Shown here piece after piece: positions 9,142 to 17,893 of a DNA stretch of 64,000 nucleotides. Origin of the DNA: Bacillota bacterium (GTDB lineage Bacteria > Bacillota > Dehalobacteriia > UBA4068); assembly GCA_024679955.1 (NCBI GenBank), contig JAILCQ010000009.1, positions 3,467 to 67,466 of the forward strand. Reading direction: 5' to 3'. Numbering within the stretch: the first letter of the stretch is position 1; every line of letters begins with the position of its first letter. The translations under genes and the position numbers were made by a program. The notes beneath the pieces were generated by a model. That model did no database searches. It was not told where the DNA came from and saw only the letters and a list, made by a program, of their open reading frames with translations.

Positions 9142-10227
9142 ATGAAACGTCAGATTCGTACGATTTTACCATTTTTCATACCGATGGAAGGTTGTCCCCA
9201 TCGCTGCATTTATTGCGATCAATCCTCCATCAGCGGTTATGACCACAGCCCATCGCCGTCCCAAATCGCCTGCGCGGCCATGGAAAACCGGGGCGGCGAG
9301 GATGCGGAGATCGCTTTTTACGGCGGCAGCTTTTCCTGCCTGCCCTTGGAACGTCAGGCCGCCTATTTGGACGCCGTGCAGCCGGCCTTGGCGGCAGGAT
9401 GCTGGCAAGGGGTGCGCATTTCCACCCGGCCGGACGGCGTCGATGGGGCGGAGCTGGATTTTTTGGCTGCCAAAGGGGTGACCACCATCGAATTGGGCAT
9501 ACAAAGCTTTGACGCCGGCGTTTTGCGCCGGGCCGGCCGGGGCTATGGGCCGGAACAGGCCGTCGCCGCCTGCCGTCTTATTCGCAGCCGCGGCTTTGCC
9601 CTGGGCATACAGCTGATGACCGGCCTGCCGGGTGACGATAGAGAAAAAAGCCTGGCTACGGCGGCGATCACCCGTTCTTTGGCCCCGGACGTCATCCGTT
9701 TGTATCCCACGGTGGTGTTGGCGGGCACGCCTTTGGCGGAAGCCTGGCGGCGGGGGGATTACCAGCCGCAAACGGTGGAAGAGGCCGCGGCCCTGGCCGG
9801 CGATATGCTGGCATTGTTTCAGGCGGCGGATCTGACGGTGATCCGTTTGGGCCTGAACCCCAATCCGCAAACGGAAAAGGCGCTTTTGGCGGGGCCGTAT
9901 CATCCCGCCTTTGGCCATATCGTCAAAAGCCGGCTGAAATATCTCCAGGCCCGGGCTTTGCTGCAAAGGGCGGCCTGGAAAAAACCGGCGGTTTTGCAAT
10001 ATCCCCCGGCGGATCTGCCGCTGTTGGCCGGTCAAAAGAATCGGGGCTTGCTTGCTCTGCGAAGAGAGTACCCGGATTTGCGCCTGCAGGAAGCGGATAT
10101 AGAAAGAGGAACGTTGATTTTGCGCTGGAAGGGCGGCGAAGCCGTTTCTACCTACCGGCGTTTTTTAGAGGACTATACGGCAGGTTTCCCGCCTTGCCCC
10201 CGGCGGGAAGCGGATATTCCAAATTAG
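9142..10227 (+). CDS. Radical SAM protein (ELP3/MiaB/NifB-like family)
   Basis: MKRQIRTILPFFIPMEGCPHRCIYCDQ carries the CxxxCxxC cluster motif. This family typically sits immediately upstream of smc in Clostridia. The start was chosen at the first ATG after the upstream stop; the RBS is weak, so the start is uncertain. Confidence 0.8.
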   Translation: MKRQIRTILPFFIPMEGCPHRCIYCDQSSISGYDHSPSPSQIACAAMENRGGEDAEIAFYGGSFSCLPLERQAAYLDAVQPALAAGCWQGVRISTRPDGVDGAELDFLAAKGVTTIELGIQSFDAGVLRRAGRGYGPEQAVAACRLIRSRGFALGIQLMTGLPGDDREKSLATAAITRSLAPDVIRLYPTVVLAGTPLAEAWRRGDYQPQTVEEAAALAGDMLALFQAADLTVIRLGLNPNPQTEKALLAGPYHPAFGHIVKSRLKYLQARALLQRAAWKKPAVLQYPPADLPLLAGQKNRGLLALRREYPDLRLQEADIERGTLILRWKGGEAVSTYRRFLEDYTAGFPPCPRREADIPN

Positions 10228-10256
10228 CATAAACGGTTCACAGGGCGGAGGATTCG

Positions 10257-13200
10257 ATGTATCTGAAACGGATGGAATTATTGGGCTTCAAATCATTTCC
10301 CACCAAGACCCCAATCGAATTTGGGCCGGGCATATCCTGCATCGTCGGGCCCAACGGCAGCGGCAAAAGCAATGTGGCGGACGCTTTGCGTTGGGTTTTG
10401 GGGGAACAAAGCACAAAAATGCTGCGCGGCGGCAAGCTGGAGGACGTGATTTTTTCCGGCAGCAAAAACCGCAGCCCCTTGGGCATGGCGGAAGTACGCT
10501 TGATCCTGGACAACAGCGATCATACTTTGCCTGTGGATTTTGCGGAAGTGGAGGTTTCCCGCCGCAATTTCCGGGGCGGCGTCAGCGAATACTCCATCAA
10601 CAACCGCAATTGCCGCCTGAAAGATATTTTGGATCTGTTCGTGGATACCGGCGTCGGCGCGGACGGCCTGTCCCTGATCAATCAGGGGCGCATCAATGAA
10701 TTGATATCGGTGCGGCCGGAGGAGCGCCGGGCCTTGGTGGAAGAAGCGGCGGGTATCGTCAAATACCGCAACCGCAAAAAGGACGCCTCCCGCAAATTGG
10801 CGGAAACGGAGCGGCATTTGGAGCGCATCGGCGATATCATCGGCGAATTGTCCGGCCGTTTGCAGCCCCTGCGCCTGCAGTCAGCCAAGGCCGAGGAATA
10901 CTTGCGGCTGAAAAAAGATGCGGACAACAGCGAGATCGCTTTATCCGTCAAGATATTGGACGCCATCAAGACCCAGATGGAGCAAATCGACGCGGATACC
11001 GGTGCAATAGACGACCGTTTGCTTACCTGCGCCGCGGAACAATCCCGCCGGGCGGCGGCGGCAGAGGCTTTGCGCCTGGAATTGGCCGGTTTGGACGATA
11101 TGGTGCAGCAAACGTCGCAGCAATATTATGATTTGCAAGCCCGCCGGGAACAGTGCGCCGGGGAACTGAATCTGGCCCGCAGCCGCCGGGAAAACGCGGC
11201 GGCGCAGCAAAGCCGTTTGCGGAGCGAATTGGATCGCCTGGAGGAAGAAGCCGCCGCTTTGCGCCTGCAAGGGCAAGAACTGGCTGCGGATTTGGCGGCG
11301 GAACGGCAGCATGCGGCGGAGTTGCAGGAGGCCATCCTCAGCGGCGCCGGCGGCGAACAGGCCAATCGCCAGGCCGTGGCCGCGCTGGCGGAAAAGCTGG
11401 AGGAAAAAAAGGCCGCCGCTTACGCCCTGGCCAGCTCCATCAGCGGTTTACGCAACGACCGCAATTTCCAAACGCAGCTGAAAAGCAAAGCTCAGGCCCG
11501 TTTGGAAAAACTGGAACGGCAAAATCAGGAATTCGCCGACGCGGAGGCGCAAAAGCAAGGGCGTATTGCGCAAATCGAGACGGAAGTCCGGCAAATACAG
11601 CAAAAAAGCGAGGCGACAAGCCGGGAGCTTGCCGAGAAACAAAACCAATTGCGCCAAAGCGCCGCCGCCCACCGCCAATTGGCGGAGCAGGAGGCGGAAT
11701 ATAAATACCAGGCGGCCAGCCTGAAGGCAAAAACGGCGATGCTGCGGGAAATGGTGCAATCCTATGAAGGCTTTTATCCCGGCGTCCGGGAATTGCTGCG
11801 GGCCAATCGCCAGGGGCAGGCCCCGGCGGGCGTCATCGACGCGGCGGCCAATATCCTGGACGTGCCAGTGGCCTATCAGGTGGCAGTGGAAACCTATTTG
11901 GCGGGTTCTTTGCAGAATATCGTCTGCCGCAGCGCCCAAGCGGCCAAGGCGGGCATCGCCTGGCTGAAGCAAAACCGGGCAGGCCGGGCCACCTTTTTGC
12001 CTTTGGACCGTCTGCAGCCCCGGCGGGCCGAGGATTATCGGGCGGCCCTGGACATACCCGGCGTATTGGGCTGCGGCGCCGACCTGGTGCAATGCCCGCC
12101 GGAGTATGCGCCGGTAAAAGATTATTTGCTGAACCGCATGCTGATCGTGAAAGATATGGACGCGGCTTTGCAGGCGGCGGCCGCCGTTCGTTACCGGGCG
12201 GCCATGGTGACCCTGGACGGGGATATGGTAAGCCCCGGCGGCAGTATGACCGGCGGCTTTCGCAAACAGAAGAGCAATGAGCTCCTGGGCCAAAAGCATA
12301 AACTGGCGGAGGCGGAAAAAGAGGCAGCCCGAGCCGAGGCCGCTTTGACGGAAATGCGGCAAAAACTGACGGAGGCCCAGGAAAATATGGAAGCGGTTTC
12401 CCAGGCCATCGACGGCCTGAATGAGGTTTTGCGGCAAACGGAACAAAACCGGGAACGACTGCAGGGAGAAGGACAGCGTTTGTCCCAAGAAATACAGGCG
12501 GGACGGCGTCTGGCCGCCGGCGTAGACGAGGAACGGCGGCAAATGCTGGATGAGATCGCCGAGGCGGAGGAAGCCATAGAAGAATTGAGCCAAACCTGCC
12601 GGCTGAAAGAACAGGAGGAGCAGGAAAGGGCCGGGGAAATCGCCGCATTGGAAGAAGCCTATAAAACCAAATCCATCACCCTGGATGAAAACCGCGCCGG
12701 CGTGGCCCAGAAAAAAGAAGACTTGGCGGCCCTGAAGCAAAAATTGCAAACCTTGACGGAAAACGTGCAGAAGAATAGCAAGGAACAGGAAAACATATCC
12801 TGGGAACAGGAAGAAAAAGCCGCGGATCTGGCGGATGCGGAGAAAGATTTAGCGGAATGGGAAGCCGCCGTGACCGCCCAGGAAAAGGATATTAGCCTGC
12901 TGACCAAAGAATTGCAGGCGGCCAAAGACCTTATGGAAGAAAAACAGCACGGCCTGGCGGCGCAAACCGGCGAGCTCAACCGTTTGGATCAGGAGGAAAA
13001 GCACTGGCAAAAGCAATTGGAGCAAAACCGGCAGCAACTGCATCAGCTGGAATTGAAAAAAGCCCGTCTGGAAGCGGATTGGCACAATGAAGAAGAAAAA
13101 CTTCAGGAAAAATTCCAGCTCAGCTTCGAGCAGGCCGCCGCACTTCCCTTGGGGGAAGATTCCAAGGAGGCGTTGAACCGGCGCTTGCATACGCTGCGGC

Positions 13201-13817
13201 AAAGCATCGCCGCCATCGGCAACGTCAATTTGGACGCCATAGAAGAATGCCGGGAAGTGGAAGAACGCTACGATTTTTTAAGCGGCCAGCGGGATGATTT
13301 GGTGGAGGCCGACCGGCAATTGAAGCAGGTGATCGAGGAAATGGACGCCATCATGAGCAGCCGCTTCCGCAAGGCTTTTACCAGATTGAGCCAGGAATTC
13401 AACGAAAGCTTCCGCCGTTTGTTCGGCGGCGGCGAGGCCGCCTTGGTTTTGTGCGAGCCGGAGCGGATTTTGGAAACCGGCGTGGAACTGTCCGTGCATT
13501 TGCCGGGGAAAAAAATCAGCAATTACAATCTGCTCTCCGGCGGCGAAAAATCCATGATCGGCATCGCCCTGCTTTTCGCCATGCTGGCGGTGCGGCCCAC
13601 GCCGTTTTGTATGATGGACGAGGTGGACGCTGCTTTGGACGAAGCGAATATCCAGCGTTTTACCGATTATTTGCAGGAGCAGGCGGGGAAAAGCCAGTTT
13701 GTGATGATCACCCACCGGCAAAGCACCATGGAGGCCGCCTCCGCCCTGTGGGGCGTGACCATGGAAGAAGAAGGCGTTTCCAAAATCGTCAGCGTCAAAT
13801 TGAATCAAAACGATTAA
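10257..13817 (+). CDS. smc: Chromosome segregation protein SMC
   Basis: 1186 aa. Walker A GPNGSGKSN, long coiled coils with a hinge, signature LSGGEKS, Walker B FCMMDEVDAALD. Confidence 0.97.
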   Translation: MYLKRMELLGFKSFPTKTPIEFGPGISCIVGPNGSGKSNVADALRWVLGEQSTKMLRGGKLEDVIFSGSKNRSPLGMAEVRLILDNSDHTLPVDFAEVEVSRRNFRGGVSEYSINNRNCRLKDILDLFVDTGVGADGLSLINQGRINELISVRPEERRALVEEAAGIVKYRNRKKDASRKLAETERHLERIGDIIGELSGRLQPLRLQSAKAEEYLRLKKDADNSEIALSVKILDAIKTQMEQIDADTGAIDDRLLTCAAEQSRRAAAAEALRLELAGLDDMVQQTSQQYYDLQARREQCAGELNLARSRRENAAAQQSRLRSELDRLEEEAAALRLQGQELAADLAAERQHAAELQEAILSGAGGEQANRQAVAALAEKLEEKKAAAYALASSISGLRNDRNFQTQLKSKAQARLEKLERQNQEFADAEAQKQGRIAQIETEVRQIQQKSEATSRELAEKQNQLRQSAAAHRQLAEQEAEYKYQAASLKAKTAMLREMVQSYEGFYPGVRELLRANRQGQAPAGVIDAAANILDVPVAYQVAVETYLAGSLQNIVCRSAQAAKAGIAWLKQNRAGRATFLPLDRLQPRRAEDYRAALDIPGVLGCGADLVQCPPEYAPVKDYLLNRMLIVKDMDAALQAAAAVRYRAAMVTLDGDMVSPGGSMTGGFRKQKSNELLGQKHKLAEAEKEAARAEAALTEMRQKLTEAQENMEAVSQAIDGLNEVLRQTEQNRERLQGEGQRLSQEIQAGRRLAAGVDEERRQMLDEIAEAEEAIEELSQTCRLKEQEEQERAGEIAALEEAYKTKSITLDENRAGVAQKKEDLAALKQKLQTLTENVQKNSKEQENISWEQEEKAADLADAEKDLAEWEAAVTAQEKDISLLTKELQAAKDLMEEKQHGLAAQTGELNRLDQEEKHWQKQLEQNRQQLHQLELKKARLEADWHNEEEKLQEKFQLSFEQAAALPLGEDSKEALNRRLHTLRQSIAAIGNVNLDAIEECREVEERYDFLSGQRDDLVEADRQLKQVIEEMDAIMSSRFRKAFTRLSQEFNESFRRLFGGGEAALVLCEPERILETGVELSVHLPGKKISNYNLLSGGEKSMIGIALLFAMLAVRPTPFCMMDEVDAALDEANIQRFTDYLQEQAGKSQFVMITHRQSTMEAASALWGVTMEEEGVSKIVSVKLNQND

Positions 13818-13830
13818 CGGGAGGAACAGT

Positions 13831-14745
13831 ATGTCTTTTTTTAGTAAATTGACCGCCGGTTTATCCAAAACGAGAAAAGGCTTCAAAAATTCTTTGGGCG
13901 CGATTTTCCACGGCAAGATCGATGAGGAATTCTATGAAGAATTGGAAGAAGCGTTGATTTTGGCGGATATCGGCGTGGAAACATCCATGTCTTTGTGCGA
14001 AAACCTGCGGCAGCGGGCCAAAGCGGAAAAGCTGAAGGAAAGGGAACAGCTGTGGCAAGCTCTTCAGGAAGAAATCGCCCGGGTTTTGGCGGCCAAAGGG
14101 GAAGGCGGTATCGTCCTGGATGAAGACAAACTCAATATCCTGGTGCTGATCGGCGTAAACGGCGCCGGCAAAACCACCACCGCCGGCAAATTGGCGGCGG
14201 CCTATACCCAGGAGGGGCGCAAAGTGATCATGGCGGCCGCCGATACCTTTCGCGCCGCCGCTGCCGAGCAATTGGCGGCTTGGGCCCAGCGCAGCGGCGC
14301 CGACTTGGTGCGCCAGGGCGAGGGGGCCGATCCGGGGGCGGTAGTATTTGACGCCATTGCCGCGGCCAAATCCCGAAAAGCCCAGGTGCTGCTGATCGAT
14401 ACCGCCGGCCGGCTGCAAAACAAAAGCAATTTGATGGCGGAATTGGCCAAGATCGGCCGGGTGATACAGCGGGAGGCGCCGGACGCCGTCTGCCAGAATA
14501 TTTTGGTACTGGACGGCAATACCGGCAGCAATATGATTTCCCAGGCCCGGCAATTCGGCGAGACGCTGCCCCTGACCGGTTTGATCCTTACCAAATTGGA
14601 CGGCACGGCCAAAGGCGGCGCGGTGATCGGCGTGGTAGACGGCAGCGGCGTGCCGGTGCAAATGATCGGCGTAGGCGAGGGTATAGAGGATTTGCGGCCT
14701 TTTGTGCCTGCGGATTTTGCCGCCGCTCTGTTCGAGGAGGAATAA
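13831..14745 (+). CDS. ftsY: Signal recognition particle receptor FtsY
   Basis: 304 aa. GVNGAGKTTT, DTAGRLQ, TKLDGTAKGG. Confidence 0.95.
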   Translation: MSFFSKLTAGLSKTRKGFKNSLGAIFHGKIDEEFYEELEEALILADIGVETSMSLCENLRQRAKAEKLKEREQLWQALQEEIARVLAAKGEGGIVLDEDKLNILVLIGVNGAGKTTTAGKLAAAYTQEGRKVIMAAADTFRAAAAEQLAAWAQRSGADLVRQGEGADPGAVVFDAIAAAKSRKAQVLLIDTAGRLQNKSNLMAELAKIGRVIQREAPDAVCQNILVLDGNTGSNMISQARQFGETLPLTGLILTKLDGTAKGGAVIGVVDGSGVPVQMIGVGEGIEDLRPFVPADFAAALFEEE

Positions 14746-14799
14746 TCGCCGCATAGAAGCCGGGAACGACCGGTATGAAAAGAAAGCGGGGTTGGACAA

Positions 14800-14946
14800 A
14801 TGGAAAATATGGGACAGGCGATCATCGCTTTGGCATTGGTGCTTTTCAGTATCACCTTTTTTGAAAAGCGCAAAGCCAAATATCGGGATGAAGCGGATGA
14901 ACAAAGCCAAAATGGCCAGGATAAAGCGAAAAAAGCGGAAAAATAA
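14800..14946 (+). CDS. Candidate small membrane protein, 48 aa (not in ORF track)
   Basis: My translation: MENMGQAIIALALVLFSITFFEKRKAKYRDEADEQSQNGQDKAKKAEK. It has one clear hydrophobic helix and a charged tail. The RBS is weak. It lies between ftsY and the ylxM promoter. Confidence 0.35.
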   Translation: MENMGQAIIALALVLFSITFFEKRKAKYRDEADEQSQNGQDKAKKAEK

Positions 14947-14974
14947 ATAGCCGTTTGCACGGCAAAATTTTTTC

Positions 14975-15004
14975 TTGACAAAAGCGGTCCGGATTCTTTA
15001 TAAT
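14975..15004 (+). promoter_or_regulatory. Putative sigma-A promoter of ylxM-ffh (TTGACA-18-TATAAT)
   Basis: TTGACA at 14975-14980 and TATAAT at 14999-15004, about 50 nt upstream of the ylxM TTG start. Confidence 0.55.
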
Positions 15005-15052
15005 TAACTGTCAAGTGAAATGCCTTTACAGATATAGAGCGGAGGGAGCCCT

Positions 15053-15412
15053 TTGAGCAAGAAAACCGACGGAAAATTGGAAAAGATCGCTGCCACCGCT
15101 CAATTGTATGATTGTTATGCCGGCCTGCTTACGGAAAAACAAGCCACGGCGCTGCGCTTATTCTATGAAGAAGATTTATCTTTAAGCGAAATCGCCGAAG
15201 AAAGCGGCGGCAGCCGCCAATCCGTTCATGAATCGATACAAAGAGGCGAGGAATTGCTGCTGCAATATGAGCGGGTGCTGGGCCTTGCCGCCCGCCGGCA
15301 GCGGCAAACGCTTTTGCTGTCGCAGATCCGGGCGGCCCTTCGGAAATCGACGGCGGAAAAACTGCTGTCAACGCTGACGCCGCTGCTGGACGCTTTGGAA
15401 GAAGAGATTTAG
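15053..15412 (+). CDS. ylxM: UPF0122 helix-turn-helix protein YlxM
   Basis: 119 aa with a TTG start after GGAGGGAG. LYDCYAGLLTEKQATALRLFYEEDLSLSEIAEE. It holds the conserved position upstream of ffh. Confidence 0.85.
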   Translation: MSKKTDGKLEKIAATAQLYDCYAGLLTEKQATALRLFYEEDLSLSEIAEESGGSRQSVHESIQRGEELLLQYERVLGLAARRQRQTLLLSQIRAALRKSTAEKLLSTLTPLLDALEEEI

Positions 15413-15443
15413 CCTTGGACAAGGCGAAAAACGGAGACAAACA

Positions 15444-16790
15444 ATGGCGAATTTAAGCGAACGTTTACAGGATATTTTCAGCAAACTGAAAAGCAAAGGC
15501 AAATTAAGCGAAGCGGACGTTACCGCCGCTTTGCGGGAGATCCGCGTGGCCCTGCTGGAAGCCGACGTCAACTATAAGGTGGCCAAAGATTTTTGCGCCA
15601 AAATCAAGGATAGGGCCATCGGTTCGGAGGTACTGCAAAGCCTCACCCCCGGACAGCAGGTCGTCAAAATCGTCAATGAACAGCTGATCGAGTTGATGGG
15701 CGGCGGCCAGGCCAAGCTGAACGTATCGCCCAAGCCGCCTACCACGATCCTAATGGTCGGCTTGCAGGGCAGCGGCAAAACCACCACCAGCGGCAAATTG
15801 GCGGCCTACCTGAAAAACCAGGGCAAGCGGCCTTTGCTGGTAGCCGCAGACGTCTACCGTCCCGCCGCCATCGATCAACTGGTGGTTCTGGGCGAAAAAA
15901 CCGGCGTGCCCACCTTTGCGCCGGGGGCCGGCGTGCATCCGGTGGAGATCGCCAAACAGGCTTTGGCCCATGGCAAGACCCACGGCAACGACTATATCAT
16001 CATCGATACGGCGGGCCGCCTGCAGATCAACGACGAATTGATGCAGGAGCTGGCCGATATACGCCAGGCGGTGGAGCCCACGGAAATCCTTCTGGTTATC
16101 GACGCCATGTTGGGCCAGGAAGCGGTGAACGTGGCCAAAACCTTCCATGAACGCCTGGCTGTCACCGGCACCGTGCTGACCAAATTGGACGGTGATACCC
16201 GGGGCGGCGCGGCCCTGTCGGTGAAAGAGGTCACCGGCGTGCCCATCAAATTCACCGGTGTGGGAGAAGGCCTTACCGCCCTGGAGCCCTTTTATCCGGA
16301 ACGCATGGCCTCCCGCATTTTGGGCATGGGCGACGTGCTGTCCCTGATCGAAAAGGTGGAAAACAACATGGACGTCGAAAAAATGGCGGACATGGAAAAA
16401 AAACTGCGGGAAAGCCGCTTTACCCTGGAAGATTTTTTGGATCAAATGGCGGAGCTGCGCAAAATGGGCGACATGAAAGAAATGCTGTCCATGATACCCG
16501 GCATGGGGAAACAGTTGAAAAACGTGCAGCTTGACGAAAAGCAATTGGTGGTCTCAGAATCGATCATCCATTCCATGACTCCGGCCGAGCGGAATAATCC
16601 GGCCATCATCAACGCTTCCCGCAAAAAACGCATCGCCGCCGGCTGCGGCCGGCAGGTGCAGGATGTGAACCGTTTGCTGAACCAATTCGATCAAGTGCAG
16701 AAATTGATGAAGCGTCTGAACGGACAGCAGCCTGTCAGCAAGAAAAAAGGCAAAAAAGGGCTTTTCGGCGGCATCCCTTTCCCCATGTAA
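15444..16790 (+). CDS. ffh: Signal recognition particle protein Ffh
   Basis: 448 aa. GLQGSGKTTT, DTAGRLQ, TKLDGDTRGG, and a Met-rich M domain. Confidence 0.97.
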   Translation: MANLSERLQDIFSKLKSKGKLSEADVTAALREIRVALLEADVNYKVAKDFCAKIKDRAIGSEVLQSLTPGQQVVKIVNEQLIELMGGGQAKLNVSPKPPTTILMVGLQGSGKTTTSGKLAAYLKNQGKRPLLVAADVYRPAAIDQLVVLGEKTGVPTFAPGAGVHPVEIAKQALAHGKTHGNDYIIIDTAGRLQINDELMQELADIRQAVEPTEILLVIDAMLGQEAVNVAKTFHERLAVTGTVLTKLDGDTRGGAALSVKEVTGVPIKFTGVGEGLTALEPFYPERMASRILGMGDVLSLIEKVENNMDVEKMADMEKKLRESRFTLEDFLDQMAELRKMGDMKEMLSMIPGMGKQLKNVQLDEKQLVVSESIIHSMTPAERNNPAIINASRKKRIAAGCGRQVQDVNRLLNQFDQVQKLMKRLNGQQPVSKKKGKKGLFGGIPFPM

Positions 16791-16887
16791 AGTTTAGGCC
16801 GCCGCTTGGATTTTGCTTATTTTAATGTTTTGAAACATTTAAAATAAAATATGACAAATTTTTGATATGTGATGAAGGAGGAACAAC

Positions 16888-17130
16888 ATGACTACGAAAA
16901 TCAGACTGAAAAGAATGGGTGGAAAGAAAGCGCCTTTTTATCGCTTGGTGGTAGCCGATTCCCGCTATCCCAGAGATGGCCGTTTCATTGAAGAGATCGG
17001 CTATTACGATCCCACCAAAGACCCCATCGAATTGCATGTGAACGAAGAAAAAGCCAAAAAATGGTTGGCTTGCGGCGCCGCCTGCTCGGATACGGTGAAT
17101 ACGCTGTTGAAAAAAGCCGGCGTCAAATAA
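16888..17130 (+). CDS. rpsP: 30S ribosomal protein S16
   Basis: 80 aa. [53 protein letters not shown]. Confidence 0.95.
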   Translation: MTTKIRLKRMGGKKAPFYRLVVADSRYPRDGRFIEEIGYYDPTKDPIELHVNEEKAKKWLACGAACSDTVNTLLKKAGVK

Positions 17131-17163
17131 TAAGCCGGGCTTGCGTCTAGCGGAGGTGAAAGT

Positions 17164-17391
17164 ATGAAAGAATTGGTGGAGCATATCGTCCGCACCTTGG
17201 TCAACGATCCGGCAGCGGCGACGGTTACCGAAACGGAAAACGAAGAAGGCATTTTTTTGCTGCTGAAAGTGGCTCCGGAAGATATGGGAAAAGTCATCGG
17301 CAAACAAGGCCGTATTGCTAAGGCCATTCGTGTCGTGCTGAAAGCCGCCGGAACGCGGGAAGGCCGCAAAGTTACTCTGGAAATAGAATGA
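17164..17391 (+). CDS. KH-domain RNA-binding protein (YlqC family)
   Basis: 75 aa with the GKVIGKQGRIAKAIR GxxG KH motif, in the conserved slot between rpsP and rimM. Confidence 0.85.
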   Translation: MKELVEHIVRTLVNDPAAATVTETENEEGIFLLLKVAPEDMGKVIGKQGRIAKAIRVVLKAAGTREGRKVTLEIE

Positions 17392-17891
17392 AACAAGAGA
17401 ATGCCGCTATCCTGGTGGGGGTGATCATCGCGCCCCATGGAATAAACGGATTGGTAAGCGTGGAATGTTTGAGCGATAACCCCAATCGTTTTGCTCCGGG
17501 GGCGCGCTTATATACCGACCGGGGGCAAACCTTGACCGTGGAAAAGCAACAGGCGCATAAGGGCCGTCTGCTGATCGGTTTTTCCCAGGTGGAGGATAGG
17601 AACCAGGCGGAAAAACTGCGCGGGGTCCGGCTTTTTGTCGATCCTGCGCAAGTGGAGGATTTGCCGCCCGGGGTGTATTATCATTTTCAAATCATCGGTT
17701 TGCAGGTATGGCAGCAGGGACGTTTATGGGGCGAAGTCAGCGATATCCTCGACAACGCCGCCAACGACGTCTATGTGGTGACCCGGCCGGAAGGCGGGCA
17801 ATTGCTGTTGCCCGCTTTGAAAAGCGTGGTCAAAACCATCGATTTGGAAAAAGGCGTAATGGAAGTGGAAGTTCCGGAAGGATTGGTCTAA
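17388..17891 (+). CDS. rimM: Ribosome maturation factor RimM
   Basis: 167 aa. ATGA overlap with the KH gene. GVIIAPHGINGLV and PPGVYYHFQIIGL are typical of RimM. Confidence 0.9.
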   Translation: MKQENAAILVGVIIAPHGINGLVSVECLSDNPNRFAPGARLYTDRGQTLTVEKQQAHKGRLLIGFSQVEDRNQAEKLRGVRLFVDPAQVEDLPPGVYYHFQIIGLQVWQQGRLWGEVSDILDNAANDVYVVTRPEGGQLLLPALKSVVKTIDLEKGVMEVEVPEGLV

Positions 17892-17893
17892 GC

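Noticed and set aside
14702-14950. An 82-aa Lys/Arg-rich ORF overlapping the end of ftsY.
   Set aside because: It overlaps ftsY out of frame, and its basic composition is driven by an A-rich spacer. The alternative 48-codon frame with a hydrophobic helix is the more protein-like candidate, and I reported that one with low confidence.
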